Source of the DNA: a virus | DNA: 40,676 bases | IMG/VR virus record: IMGVR_UViG_3300021058_000001 | Location: 1-40,676 of that record | Strand: one strand, 5' to 3' | Shown here: piece after piece, positions 16,501-24,361 of the stretch | Layout of the letters: the number at the start of each line of letters is the position of its first letter | Position numbering within the stretch: the first letter of the stretch is position 1 | The notes under the pieces: generated by a model | Told to the model about the DNA's origin: nothing | Seen by the model: the letters and a program-made list of their open reading frames with translations, nothing else | The model's database searches: none | Translations under genes and position numbers: made by a program

Positions 16501-16871
16501 TCGGCCTCGATCATCGCCTCATAGGCGTCATCCTCCATCAAACCCGGACGGCCCAGGATCGCGGCGTTGATCGCTTCAGGGTCGAAGGTGATCCGGTCCA
16601 GCAGGGACTGTTCCGACGCGCCCGGCGTCACCCCGGCCAGACTGCGCGACAATTCCAGCCGCCGCCCCAGCCGACGCTCCAGGTCACGATGGCGGCTCCA
16701 CAGCTCGCCGTCCGTCGCCTCATAGCGGGCGTTCCGGCGGCGCGTTTCCCAGCCGTCCTCATAGTTGCGCTGCACGGCATCCCAGAACGGCACCGGCGCG
16801 GCCGGCGCCACGCCCTGTTCGTCCGGCCGGGCCCAGCTGTCCCGGCGAATGGCCCACGACTGCGGCGGCAT
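13506..16871 (-). CDS. Large internal virion 'polyvalent' protein with two ParB/Srx-like domains (~1121 aa)
   Basis: ATG at 16871 overlaps the upstream stop (TTG 16874 is an alternative). ParB-like motif 1 is RFQYK...GKILVFEDLQGRQFVADGHQRRGLARRM. Motif 2 is PPAIMVMVNHRGEAFIAEGNNRVAMAAREGVETIRAEV. The N-terminal part is Gly-rich and hydrophobic. It occupies the T7 gp15/16 position. Confidence 0.65.
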   Translation of the reverse strand: MPPQSWAIRRDSWARPDEQGVAPAAPVPFWDAVQRNYEDGWETRRRNARYEATDGELWSRHRDLERRLGRRLELSRSLAGVTPGASEQSLLDRITFDPEAINAAILGRPGLMEDDAYEAMIEAERAKNPALLAGVETRAEIAARLDAQFRATRARADEAAGSGVGGAFGAFTGQIGATMSDPANIGVAIATGGWGAGRPLLTRMMVQGGAAAGQEALDVPARGADARRFGGPEYGAGEAGLDILFGAGGGVVFEGAGSVAASIWRGAGRRLAASADPADRGTARALDRLLEDEAVIGPGRDFDADRAALDRGVLPTIEPERELDDLFGPEALGGVSPSQPASAGGATVGAGGLTPTDYRGRTIWSGQFDPMRLEVDAERFQYKADADAEGVTGRLRGIEQWDATASGKILVFEDLQGRQFVADGHQRRGLARRMVEQGWEGTRLDGHLLREADGWTAREVRVVAGLKNIREGSGTIMDAAKLFRDAPGALRDRSLPITGDFIHQARQLASLSDAAFRAVVNGLIPERYGAALGEMAGDRPDIQADLVALLQKAEPGSVDGARALIQEAMLDDFIATEGIQGDLFGALPRESTVIARGRIREAVLAGLRRDARINAQLVRHAEAIEAGGNILARNDNEARLAIDRAAGELVSRLALRSGEIGEAFTEAAEAVTLRKMTPAAASKGLIQRIRAAVEAGELNDMGRAVALNPKPPAPAAVEAAEAFDTPGGAGQKAQAEPKPEDAWLETPIRADVQRATEAAARPESFTQDNPGGDWVARKQEAADLEADGRTSPTGLNGRRLRGATTATAGLKEEMRLPVAALKGLEGVEGERPAPGGGKFDRLAASVAENGWQDPPAIMVMVNHRGEAFIAEGNNRVAMAAREGVETIRAEVHWRNGAEAVEGAFAPARIAELEKAAAEAQYRSDAVAWQKINDPDAIGTNREGVMDEDLIDAYDRALAAGRLSDGREIDAVNRANMEAMRAEAVERIAARAVGEAEANTLDKLIAETTARMKRLDAEADEIAAEGGSVRLTNPDGRGVVVGPDLEKAGQGRVTYFDEQGPTGHVEYGDYRSAVRAALREGYARTAPEPEGPPPGLFDDLPDEEAGLNRAIDHLNACSPGKG

Positions 16872-19492
16872 CAACGCGCCTCCAGCACGGCGCCCGGCAG
16901 GCGGCGCGACAGGAGACCCCGGAAGGCCTCGCTCTCGATATCGAACTCGAACGCCGACCCGCGCCGCCCGGCGACCACCTGGCCGCTCATCCGGTCCACC
17001 AGCCGGTAACGCCCGTTCGGCATGGCGCGCAGCTGATAGCCCGCCAGCCGGTTCGCCGGGATCGGTTCGCCGTTCGCATAGACCGGCCCGCGGTCGGCCT
17101 CGACCCAGCCGCGCGCGGCGATTTCCAGCGCCTCGTCCAGCCGGTCGGCCTCAAGCCAGGTCGGCGCCACCGTCACCGCGCCATTGACCCGCACCACCCC
17201 GCCGTAGCGTCGGCCGCCCTGATTGGTCGCCCCAAGGGCGCTGTTCACATAGGCGCCGGGCGGCTGCAGCCGTCCGCGCTGGGCGTCGCCGATCGCCATG
17301 TCCTCGGCCAGCGACAGGATCGCCGGCGTCAGGCCGGGCTGATCGGCCCAGGCCGCCGCGCTGGCCTGCACCACGCGGGCCACCGACGGCTCATCGCCGA
17401 AGTCCGGCGCCCGCGCGCCCTCGGCCCGCGCCGCCCGTCCGTCCAGCGCCAGCCGGACGACGTTCGCATTTCTCGGCTCCATGGCCAGCGAGGCCAGGTG
17501 CAGGTCGGCGCCCGCCACGCCCGCCCGCCCCAGCTCGTCGAAGAACTGGCGGGCGTCCGGCCCCAGCGCCGTTCCCACGGCGGCGGCCAGCGGCAGGATA
17601 TTGGCCGGGTTGTCCTCGATGGCGGATTTGTAGAAGGCGGCCTCGGCGTTATCGAGGATCCGCACCGGCACGCCGTCGCGCTGCGACAGGGCGCGCGCCG
17701 TCGCCAGCCGCTGCTGGATCGCCGCGCCCCATTGCCGCCCCGCGTCGCCGCCGTCGAACACGGCCGCGGGCGTGAACTCGGCCACCGTCGCCAGCGGCCC
17801 TCTCCGGCTGTTCCCGCGCGAGAAGTCGACCGGGTCGCTGGCGTAACCCTCCATGGACCGGCGCTGCGCCCGCTGGGCCGCGATCGCGCCTCGCACCCGG
17901 CCTTGCCGCGCCCGCCAGCCTCTCAGGTCGTCGCCGTATTTGGCCGGGTCGCGGGCGGCCAGGCTCTCAAACCACGCCATTTCCAGCGCGAGGAACCGTT
18001 CGACGTCGCCGTCGGCCTCCCGCAGGAACCGCCGCACCGGCGCGTTGTCGCCGTTGATCCCGCCGACATAGGCGGTGGCCAGGGCGGCGATGGCCAGGTC
18101 GGGGTCCAGCTGATCGCCCCCGATGGCGTCCCAATGCAGCCGCGCGACCCGGATGGCCTCGGGCCGCGTCACCTGACCGTCGCGCCAGGCGTCGGGATAG
18201 CTGGCCTCGGTGACGCCGAACTGGGCGCGGCCGCGGCCGTTGTCGTTGCCGACCAGTCCCGGCCCCTCCAGCGTGTCCAGCAGGAAGGAGGCCGCACCGT
18301 CGAAGCCGACGCCGACCCCGCCCGCGCCGCCCCCGCCGCCGCCGCCGGGGTTGCCGCCGAACCCATGCGTCAGCCGATAGTCGACCTCGGCCTGTAGCCC
18401 CACGTCGCCCGACGCCGCCGCCCGGGCGCGCAATTCGGCCTCGTCCACATCGCCGCCGTATTCCAGCGCCCGCAACAGGTCGCGGGCGCTCGCGGCCGCA
18501 GCGCCCGCCGCCGCCCGCTCGTCGGTCTCGGCCCGGTTCGCCTGTCCCTCCAGCTCGGCGCCCAGCCCGTCCATCTGCGCGGCGTTCAAACCGGCGAACA
18601 TCGGATCGCCCGCCGCCCAGCGTTCGCGCACATTGCCCGCGAAGGCGGCCTTGGCCGCCGATCCCGTCAGCTGGTCCTGGGCGTTCCTGATCCAGCTGAT
18701 CCGCGCCTGTCCCTGGGCGGCGTCCACGATCCGCGCCAGCGCCTCGGGCGAGACCGCATCCTGTCGGCTGGGGTCGGCCGCGAACTCCACGCCCGCCACG
18801 GTGAAGGCCGAACGCGGCCCGAACTGCGCCAGCTCGGCGATAAAGCCATTCAGGGCCTGGCCGACCCTCTGGCCGCCCGCCTCGTCGAACGGGGCGCTGG
18901 CCACGGCCTGCCCCAGCACCGTCTCCTGTACCGACACCGTCGAGGTGAAGATCCCGGCCGCCACCTGACGCCGGCGGGTCTGCTCGCGGGCCAGCACGCG
19001 CACCCGCGCCGTCGACAGGTCCTGCTCCAGCGCCGAATTAAGCGCGGCGTCCGCCCGCGCGTCCCCGGTCGGCTGGTTCAACAGTCCGGCGCGCACCGCC
19101 TCGGCGGCCTCTCCGAACGCCGCCGGGCTGTCGGGGTGGGCTTCCTCGACCTTGGCCAGCTCCTCCAGAAACACGCCCCGACGCTGGGTGACCCGGTGCG
19201 TCCGCAGGATGGCGTTATAGGCGTCGTCGTCCTTGGCGAAGCCGCCCCGGAAGGTCGCCTCGCCGTCGCCCTCTCGCTCGCGCCGCAGGTCATCGACCGC
19301 CGACTGTTCGCCCTTGCGCGTCAGGACCTCATCGGCCAGCGCCCCCAGCCGCCGCCCGAAGGCGTCGGCCGCGCGAGCGACACTGGCGGTCGCCGACGCC
19401 GGGACGTCGTTGGAATGGTTCGGCTGATAGACCGGGCTCGAGGTGGCGCGGCCGAAGTCGGCGCCGGGGAAGGCGGCGGGGCGTCGGGCCAT
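16871..19492 (-). CDS. Internal virion protein with embedded GH108-like peptidoglycan hydrolase domain (873 aa)
   Basis: The segment FDGAASFLLDTLEGPGLVGNDNGRGRAQFGVTEASYPDAW...TRPEAIRVARLHWDAIGGDQL matches the GH108 pattern (F...L..EGG...D.GG.T.FGI....YP...T..EA..IY...YW). It occupies an internal-protein position. Confidence 0.65.
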   Translation of the reverse strand: MARRPAAFPGADFGRATSSPVYQPNHSNDVPASATASVARAADAFGRRLGALADEVLTRKGEQSAVDDLRREREGDGEATFRGGFAKDDDAYNAILRTHRVTQRRGVFLEELAKVEEAHPDSPAAFGEAAEAVRAGLLNQPTGDARADAALNSALEQDLSTARVRVLAREQTRRRQVAAGIFTSTVSVQETVLGQAVASAPFDEAGGQRVGQALNGFIAELAQFGPRSAFTVAGVEFAADPSRQDAVSPEALARIVDAAQGQARISWIRNAQDQLTGSAAKAAFAGNVRERWAAGDPMFAGLNAAQMDGLGAELEGQANRAETDERAAAGAAAASARDLLRALEYGGDVDEAELRARAAASGDVGLQAEVDYRLTHGFGGNPGGGGGGGAGGVGVGFDGAASFLLDTLEGPGLVGNDNGRGRAQFGVTEASYPDAWRDGQVTRPEAIRVARLHWDAIGGDQLDPDLAIAALATAYVGGINGDNAPVRRFLREADGDVERFLALEMAWFESLAARDPAKYGDDLRGWRARQGRVRGAIAAQRAQRRSMEGYASDPVDFSRGNSRRGPLATVAEFTPAAVFDGGDAGRQWGAAIQQRLATARALSQRDGVPVRILDNAEAAFYKSAIEDNPANILPLAAAVGTALGPDARQFFDELGRAGVAGADLHLASLAMEPRNANVVRLALDGRAARAEGARAPDFGDEPSVARVVQASAAAWADQPGLTPAILSLAEDMAIGDAQRGRLQPPGAYVNSALGATNQGGRRYGGVVRVNGAVTVAPTWLEADRLDEALEIAARGWVEADRGPVYANGEPIPANRLAGYQLRAMPNGRYRLVDRMSGQVVAGRRGSAFEFDIESEAFRGLLSRRLPGAVLEAR

Positions 19493-19493
19493 C

Positions 19494-20024
19494 TCAGCCG
19501 CCCGCCTTGGCGAAGGTCCCGGCCACGTCCAGCCCCAGGCTCACCCAAGAACCGATCTTCTGGTTCCGCGCCGCGTTCTTCAGGCTGACCGCCCGCAGCC
19601 GCCGCTGGGCGGCGTTGGCCTCGGCGCTGTTGCGGATGATCCGGCGCTCGCGGTCGGCCTCGTCCCGCGCCGCCTCGCGCGCCGCCACGACAGAACCGGA
19701 GCCGACGTCGATCCCCATGGCGGAGGCGGCGGCCAGCTGATCGCCGGCCAGCCGGTTGAACTCGGCGTCGATCGCGTTCACCCGCTCATTGGCGACGACA
19801 TACTCCTGACGCGAGGCCAGCCGCTCGCCCCAGGCCTCCTGCTTGATCGCCTTGGCCTTCTGCAGCCCGCCCGCGAACTCCATGAGCGAACCCAGGACGG
19901 ACATTCCGCGCCCCATTCCGCCCAACTCGGCCCCGCTGGGTCCGCCGCCCCGTCCGCCGCCCGACGCGGCGCTGGCGGCCATCTGCCCGCCCTGCTTCTT
20001 GGCGAACGCCATCACCGCCTGCAT
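19494..20024 (-). CDS. Small internal virion protein (gp14-like position, 176 aa)
   Basis: ATG at 20024 with SD GGAGG. It has a Gly-rich N-terminus followed by a helical region. It lies immediately after the nozzle gene. Confidence 0.55.
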   Translation of the reverse strand: MQAVMAFAKKQGGQMAASAASGGGRGGGPSGAELGGMGRGMSVLGSLMEFAGGLQKAKAIKQEAWGERLASRQEYVVANERVNAIDAEFNRLAGDQLAAASAMGIDVGSGSVVAAREAARDEADRERRIIRNSAEANAAQRRLRAVSLKNAARNQKIGSWVSLGLDVAGTFAKAGG

Positions 20025-20038
20025 GGAAACCTCCGGCC

Positions 20039-22156
20039 TCAGCTCGTGACCGTCGCCACCAATTCTCGGATTTCCAGCGGACCGGGACGGGACTGCACCC
20101 ATTCGATCTGTGCGTCGTCCTGGAAGCCGGAAACCGGCCAGAGCCGCGTCCAGCCCTCGAAAGCATCCTCGCCCGGCCCGGCGTCCAGCAACGCGCCCCC
20201 CGGCGGCGTCTGGTCGCGCCGCTTCAACGGCACGTCGAACATCGTCTTGCCCGCCATCCCCGCCTTCAGATTGGCGGTAGGCCCCAGCCGGAAACAGATT
20301 TCGCCCGCGCGGGCGCGGCGCGATATGCCCGCGCGCGGGTCCTGCTCAAGCACGATCGGCAGGGTTCGCCCGCGCGGCTCGAACAACAGGCCGACCTCGC
20401 AGGACCGCAGGGCCTCCGTCGGCAGGGTGACCATGCCGCCCTCGACCACGGCGTCTCCCGCGTCGCCGCCGTCGATGTAGAGGCAGACCGTCCGCCCCTC
20501 CAGATGCTCCAGGCCGGAAACCTCCGTGCAGGGCCCCTCGACCAGCACGGAGGCGTCCAGCATCCGGCTTGCGTCCACCCGCTCCAGCCGGTGCGTCTCG
20601 ACGCCGTCGGCCTCGCGCCGGACGCAGACATACAGGTCGCCGGCCATTTCGCCGCCGGCCTCGGTAAAGTCCCCGTCCGTGGTCCATTGGGCGAACCCCA
20701 GGACCTCCTGACGCAACATCGCGTGCATCGCCGTCGCCGTGCCGTCCGAGCGGACGAACAGCGCCAGATTGGGCTCATTGGTCGACCGGCCGCGGCGCAT
20801 CCCGGCCGCGACGATCCCCTCGGCCAGGTGCGAGCTGAAGGCCGACAGGGCGTCGGGCTCGTATTTCAGTTGGCTTTCGTCGAACGACGTGCGGGCGATG
20901 GTGTCCGCGCCCGCCTGGATGAACAGGGCGTTGCCCTCAAGGTCCAGCACCGGCGTTCCCGCCTCGGCGCCGTCCTTGGACGATCGCAGGAAGGGCGGCG
21001 GCGGCGTGATCGGCGAGGCGGGACAGAAGAACAGGCCCGACGGCGTGAACACCTGAAGGTGGCGGCCCGGATAGAAGGCGAGGATCTGTGTCGCCTCGTC
21101 CGTGTCCAGGGTCACGTCAATACCCTTGTCGGCCTGCGCCCCCCGGGTCTGGAAGTCGAAGAAGAAGCCCAGCCGCGACGCCAGCAGCGTCGAGGGCCGC
21201 GAGGCCGGGCCGCCCAGCCACAGCCGCTGCTCATAGAAGACGCCGCACGACGGCCAGCCGCGCGTCGCGCTGATGACCGGCTCGCCGCCCGCCTTGCCCT
21301 GCGTCAGGGTCGCGACCCGCACCACGCCTTCGGCGGACGACAGGGTCGACGGCGCCATTTCGGCCAGGTCCTGCGAGGCGTTCTGGCCGGTGAAGGTCAC
21401 CGAGAATTGGTCGGTCCCCGTCGAAACAACCGAGACGCCGCCGGACCCCACATTGACCAGCGCCTGAAGCGCCGACTGGATCGACGCGGCCAGGGTCGCC
21501 TCTGTGTCGGAAAAGACGATGCTGGCCGTGGTCTCGCCCTCCAGCGTGATGTTGAAGGTGTCGCCGTTGAGATAGTCCACGAAACTCAGCTGCTGGACCT
21601 CGGACACCCCGCCCTCGCTGGCGCCGGTAAAGTCGAAGATCGGCAGGTTCTCAAGCGGCTGGGTCCGGCTGTCCCATTCCGAATGGGCGCCCTGGCGGCC
21701 GATCCGGTGCGGCGCCACCGTCGAATGGAAGGCCAGCAGGGTATCGCGGCTCTGGGCCCGCTTAACGGCCGTCACCACATCGGCGCCATAGGGCGACGGA
21801 ACCGCCGTCTTGCGCTCGCCGCGCCGGTGGACCTCGACATTGCCGTCCGTGGCGATCAGGCCATATCGCTGGTCGCCCGCGTCGAAGTCGAAACTCCAGC
21901 GCCGGTGCGCCGACAGGTCCGCCGTCTCGCGCCAGAACCGGACCTGCCCGATTTCGACGGTGGCGAGGCCCAGGTCATCGTCGCCCAGCCGGACGATCCG
22001 CCACTTCTGCGCCGTGACGCTGACCCGCGGCGCAAAGGCGAAGCGGCGGGTGCGCAGCAGCGAGCCGCCGTCGTGGCGCTCCACGGTCACCCAGCTGTCG
22101 TCCTCGGCCTGGTACTGGACCGCGATCGCATCCGTCAGGGTCGCCGGCACGGTCAC
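20039..22156 (-). CDS. Tail tubular protein B / nozzle, C-terminal major fragment (705 aa)
   Basis: GTG start overlaps the stop of 22153..22608 (GTGA). It begins in the middle of a discoidin-like jelly-roll pattern, then shows the typical nozzle body (RYGLIATDGNVEVHRRG...LLAFHSTVAPHRI). It sits after tubular A. Confidence 0.7.
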   Translation of the reverse strand: MTVPATLTDAIAVQYQAEDDSWVTVERHDGGSLLRTRRFAFAPRVSVTAQKWRIVRLGDDDLGLATVEIGQVRFWRETADLSAHRRWSFDFDAGDQRYGLIATDGNVEVHRRGERKTAVPSPYGADVVTAVKRAQSRDTLLAFHSTVAPHRIGRQGAHSEWDSRTQPLENLPIFDFTGASEGGVSEVQQLSFVDYLNGDTFNITLEGETTASIVFSDTEATLAASIQSALQALVNVGSGGVSVVSTGTDQFSVTFTGQNASQDLAEMAPSTLSSAEGVVRVATLTQGKAGGEPVISATRGWPSCGVFYEQRLWLGGPASRPSTLLASRLGFFFDFQTRGAQADKGIDVTLDTDEATQILAFYPGRHLQVFTPSGLFFCPASPITPPPPFLRSSKDGAEAGTPVLDLEGNALFIQAGADTIARTSFDESQLKYEPDALSAFSSHLAEGIVAAGMRRGRSTNEPNLALFVRSDGTATAMHAMLRQEVLGFAQWTTDGDFTEAGGEMAGDLYVCVRREADGVETHRLERVDASRMLDASVLVEGPCTEVSGLEHLEGRTVCLYIDGGDAGDAVVEGGMVTLPTEALRSCEVGLLFEPRGRTLPIVLEQDPRAGISRRARAGEICFRLGPTANLKAGMAGKTMFDVPLKRRDQTPPGGALLDAGPGEDAFEGWTRLWPVSGFQDDAQIEWVQSRPGPLEIRELVATVTS

Positions 22157-22608
22157 GGCAGAACCTCCAGCCCGCCGTCACCGCCCGTCCACGGATATTG
22201 AGGCGGCGCCGCCGACGCGCCGCCGCCCTCGGAAAAGGCGAAGTCCTCAAGGTCGATCAGGCCGATTTCCACCGGGGCGCCGAAGTCGAACTCCGCGACC
22301 ACATAAGGGTCCGTCGTCCCGACCGCCGTACCGCTCTGGAAGCCGTCGCCATTAGTCAGGCCGGCCGCCGTGCCGCCGTTCGGAACCGACACGGTCGCCC
22401 CGTCGGTCGCCACCGCCTCCAGGGTGTTGCGGATCATCGACACATGGGCGAGGCCCGGCCGCCGGTGCAGCGGCCCCTGCGGCCGGGGCATACAGTTGAC
22501 CGCCAGCGCCAGCGACGACGCATAGGCCTTCAGGTCGCGGCGGCCGATGCAGGCCGGGTCCAGCTCACCGCCGCTGAAGATCGCCTGACGAAAGACCTCC
22601 TGCGCCAT
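22153..22608 (-). CDS. Tail tubular protein B / nozzle, N-terminal fragment (151 aa)
   Basis: The N-terminal pattern FRQAIFSGGELDPACIGRRDLKAYASSLALAVNCMPRPQGPLHRRPG is typical of gp12-like nozzle N-termini. The first half of a discoidin-like domain follows. The ORF abuts the tubular A stop. Confidence 0.65.
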   Translation of the reverse strand: MAQEVFRQAIFSGGELDPACIGRRDLKAYASSLALAVNCMPRPQGPLHRRPGLAHVSMIRNTLEAVATDGATVSVPNGGTAAGLTNGDGFQSGTAVGTTDPYVVAEFDFGAPVEIGLIDLEDFAFSEGGGASAAPPQYPWTGGDGGLEVLP

Positions 22609-23274
22609 TCAACGGATCCCGAGACGCTCGATGAAGGTGGACGCCCCGGTGTAGCGCGCGCCGATCAGCGGCCCGGCGTCGACGCCCGAGACCAGCTTGC
22701 GCGGCGGCGCCATGCGGGCGTCCTCGTTGCGGGCCGTCAGATACAGGCCGCCCTCGCCGTTCTCCTGCGGGGTTCCCCAGGCCTTCGCCTCAAGGGTGCG
22801 TTGCAGGGTGGTCAGCTGGGCGTGGCCGGCCAGGTCGGCGGTGAAGGCCACCTGCGCCAGCTCCGAGAAATAGCCGGGCCACAGGGCCACGGCCCGGTCG
22901 CCGGTGTATTCGCCATAGACGATCGCCTCGTCGGCCCAAAAATGGTCGTTGGCCAGCATCACATAGGGCGTGCGCTCGGCCTCATAGGGGTCGGGATGGT
23001 CGCGGAAGGCGTGGACGGCGTCGATCATATCGGCCGGGATGGTGAATTTGTACGGCATCACCGCCGTCTCGTTCTCGCCGATTTCGGCGGGCGCCAGCAG
23101 CCGGACGGTGTTGGCGAAATTCCAGCGGTATTTCCCCAGCAGCATCCGGCGCTTCTCCGGCCACTGTTCGGCGCAGAAGATGGCCAGCGGGCTTCCCTCG
23201 TCGAAGTCCGCGATGCGGTCGCCGCCGATCCTGCCGATGCACAGATTGCAGAATTCCAGGTCGGTCGCGGGCAT
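22609..23274 (-). CDS. Tail tubular protein A (gp11-like, 221 aa)
   Basis: The N-terminal pattern LEFCNLCIGRIGGDRIADFDEGSPLA...LLGKYRWNFA matches the gp11 family signature. It lies between the capsid and nozzle genes. Confidence 0.7.
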   Translation of the reverse strand: MPATDLEFCNLCIGRIGGDRIADFDEGSPLAIFCAEQWPEKRRMLLGKYRWNFANTVRLLAPAEIGENETAVMPYKFTIPADMIDAVHAFRDHPDPYEAERTPYVMLANDHFWADEAIVYGEYTGDRAVALWPGYFSELAQVAFTADLAGHAQLTTLQRTLEAKAWGTPQENGEGGLYLTARNEDARMAPPRKLVSGVDAGPLIGARYTGASTFIERLGIR

Positions 23275-23294
23275 GAAGGGTTCCGAAAATGCGG

Positions 23295-23321
23295 CCCCCG
23301 CGTCCGGTCGGGACGCGAGGG
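23295..23321 (-). terminator. Hairpin after major capsid gene (possible partial terminator)
   Basis: The stem CGCGTCC/GGACGCG is extended by CCC/GGG. On the minus strand it is followed by CCGCATTTTCGG. The position is analogous to the post-capsid terminator of T7-like phages. Confidence 0.4.
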
Positions 23322-23346
23322 CCAGTCACAGGGATCAGGCGGAGAC

Positions 23347-24273
23347 CTAGACCTCCAGCACCATGCCCTCGACCACCATCGGGCGGCGCAGGACGGTGAA
23401 GTCGATCTTGGACTTGATGCGGATAAGGCCCTTGGCCTCGGTCAGGGCCGTGGCCGACTGGAACCAGGCCCCGATCATGTCGCCGACGCGCGAGCCCAGC
23501 CGCTCATTCAGCTGGGTCACGTCGTCGTTCATGGCCTCGGCCAGGGCCGAATGGCAGACGACATACATATCGACGCCGGTGGCGCCGCCGCCGACCCAGC
23601 CGGCGCCCGCGATCGGCGTGGTCGCATTGCCGGGCAGGCGCTCATAGGTGCGCCAGTCGGCCTGGTTCCAGACCTGTTGGGTCTTCACGTCCGTCTTGGC
23701 CATGTACGGGTCCAGCGACAGCTGGGTGAAGTGGCGGAAGGGCTGGATAACCGTCACCTTCTCGCCCGCGAACATCTCCTGCTCGCCCAGCAGGACGAAG
23801 GCCTGGCACATGGTCTCCAGGTCGGCGACGGTGTCATAGTCGCCGATGGTGGTCACGGTTTCGTTGACGTTCTTGGTGTTGGTCACGCCGTTTTCGGCGG
23901 CATAGCTGAGGGCGTCGATCACCTGGCGGTCCTGCGCCCGGCCGATCGCCCGCTCCGACGCGGCGGCGAAGGTCGAGGCCATGTCGAAGGTGATCTTGTT
24001 CTTGTCCGGGTCCCAGATGGTGAAGTTGACGAATTCCGGCTCGGCGCTGGTCTTGATCCAGTCCAGCGGCAGCTGGTTCTGCAGCAGCTCCTGAAGGCGG
24101 GTCGACTTGGTCGTCTCGGCCGAACCGACGCGCGGGAAATAGACGTCGTCGCCGGTGAACATACCGCCCTGGGTGGCCATCCCGGCGAGGCGCCGCGACT
24201 TCTGCTCGCCTGCGCGAAGCTTCAGGGTCTCGTGATATTTGTCGATAAAGCCGTCGGGCAGTTCGTGGGCCAT
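23347..24273 (-). CDS. Major capsid protein (308 aa)
   Basis: Strong SD AGGAGA. The size, the position after the scaffold and the sequence character are consistent with a T7-gp10-like/HK97-fold capsid protein. Confidence 0.8.
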   Translation of the reverse strand: MAHELPDGFIDKYHETLKLRAGEQKSRRLAGMATQGGMFTGDDVYFPRVGSAETTKSTRLQELLQNQLPLDWIKTSAEPEFVNFTIWDPDKNKITFDMASTFAAASERAIGRAQDRQVIDALSYAAENGVTNTKNVNETVTTIGDYDTVADLETMCQAFVLLGEQEMFAGEKVTVIQPFRHFTQLSLDPYMAKTDVKTQQVWNQADWRTYERLPGNATTPIAGAGWVGGGATGVDMYVVCHSALAEAMNDDVTQLNERLGSRVGDMIGAWFQSATALTEAKGLIRIKSKIDFTVLRRPMVVEGMVLEV

Positions 24274-24361
24274 GGGGGTCTCTCCTGAAGCCGGCCCTGG
24301 CGCCGGCGGTTTTCCACTCCGCCGACGCTAAGGCCGCTCCAGTCGCCGCAACGCGCCCCGC

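Noticed and set aside
22130-22185. Programmed -1 ribosomal frameshift joining the two nozzle ORFs
   Set aside because: The downstream frame is open for only 8 codons before the GTG. That window (CGGCGGGCTGGAGGTTCTGCCG) has no X-XXY-YYZ slippery heptamer, and I saw no obvious downstream pseudoknot or hairpin. Coupled reinitiation or an indel is more parsimonious. The split itself is reported as a finding.
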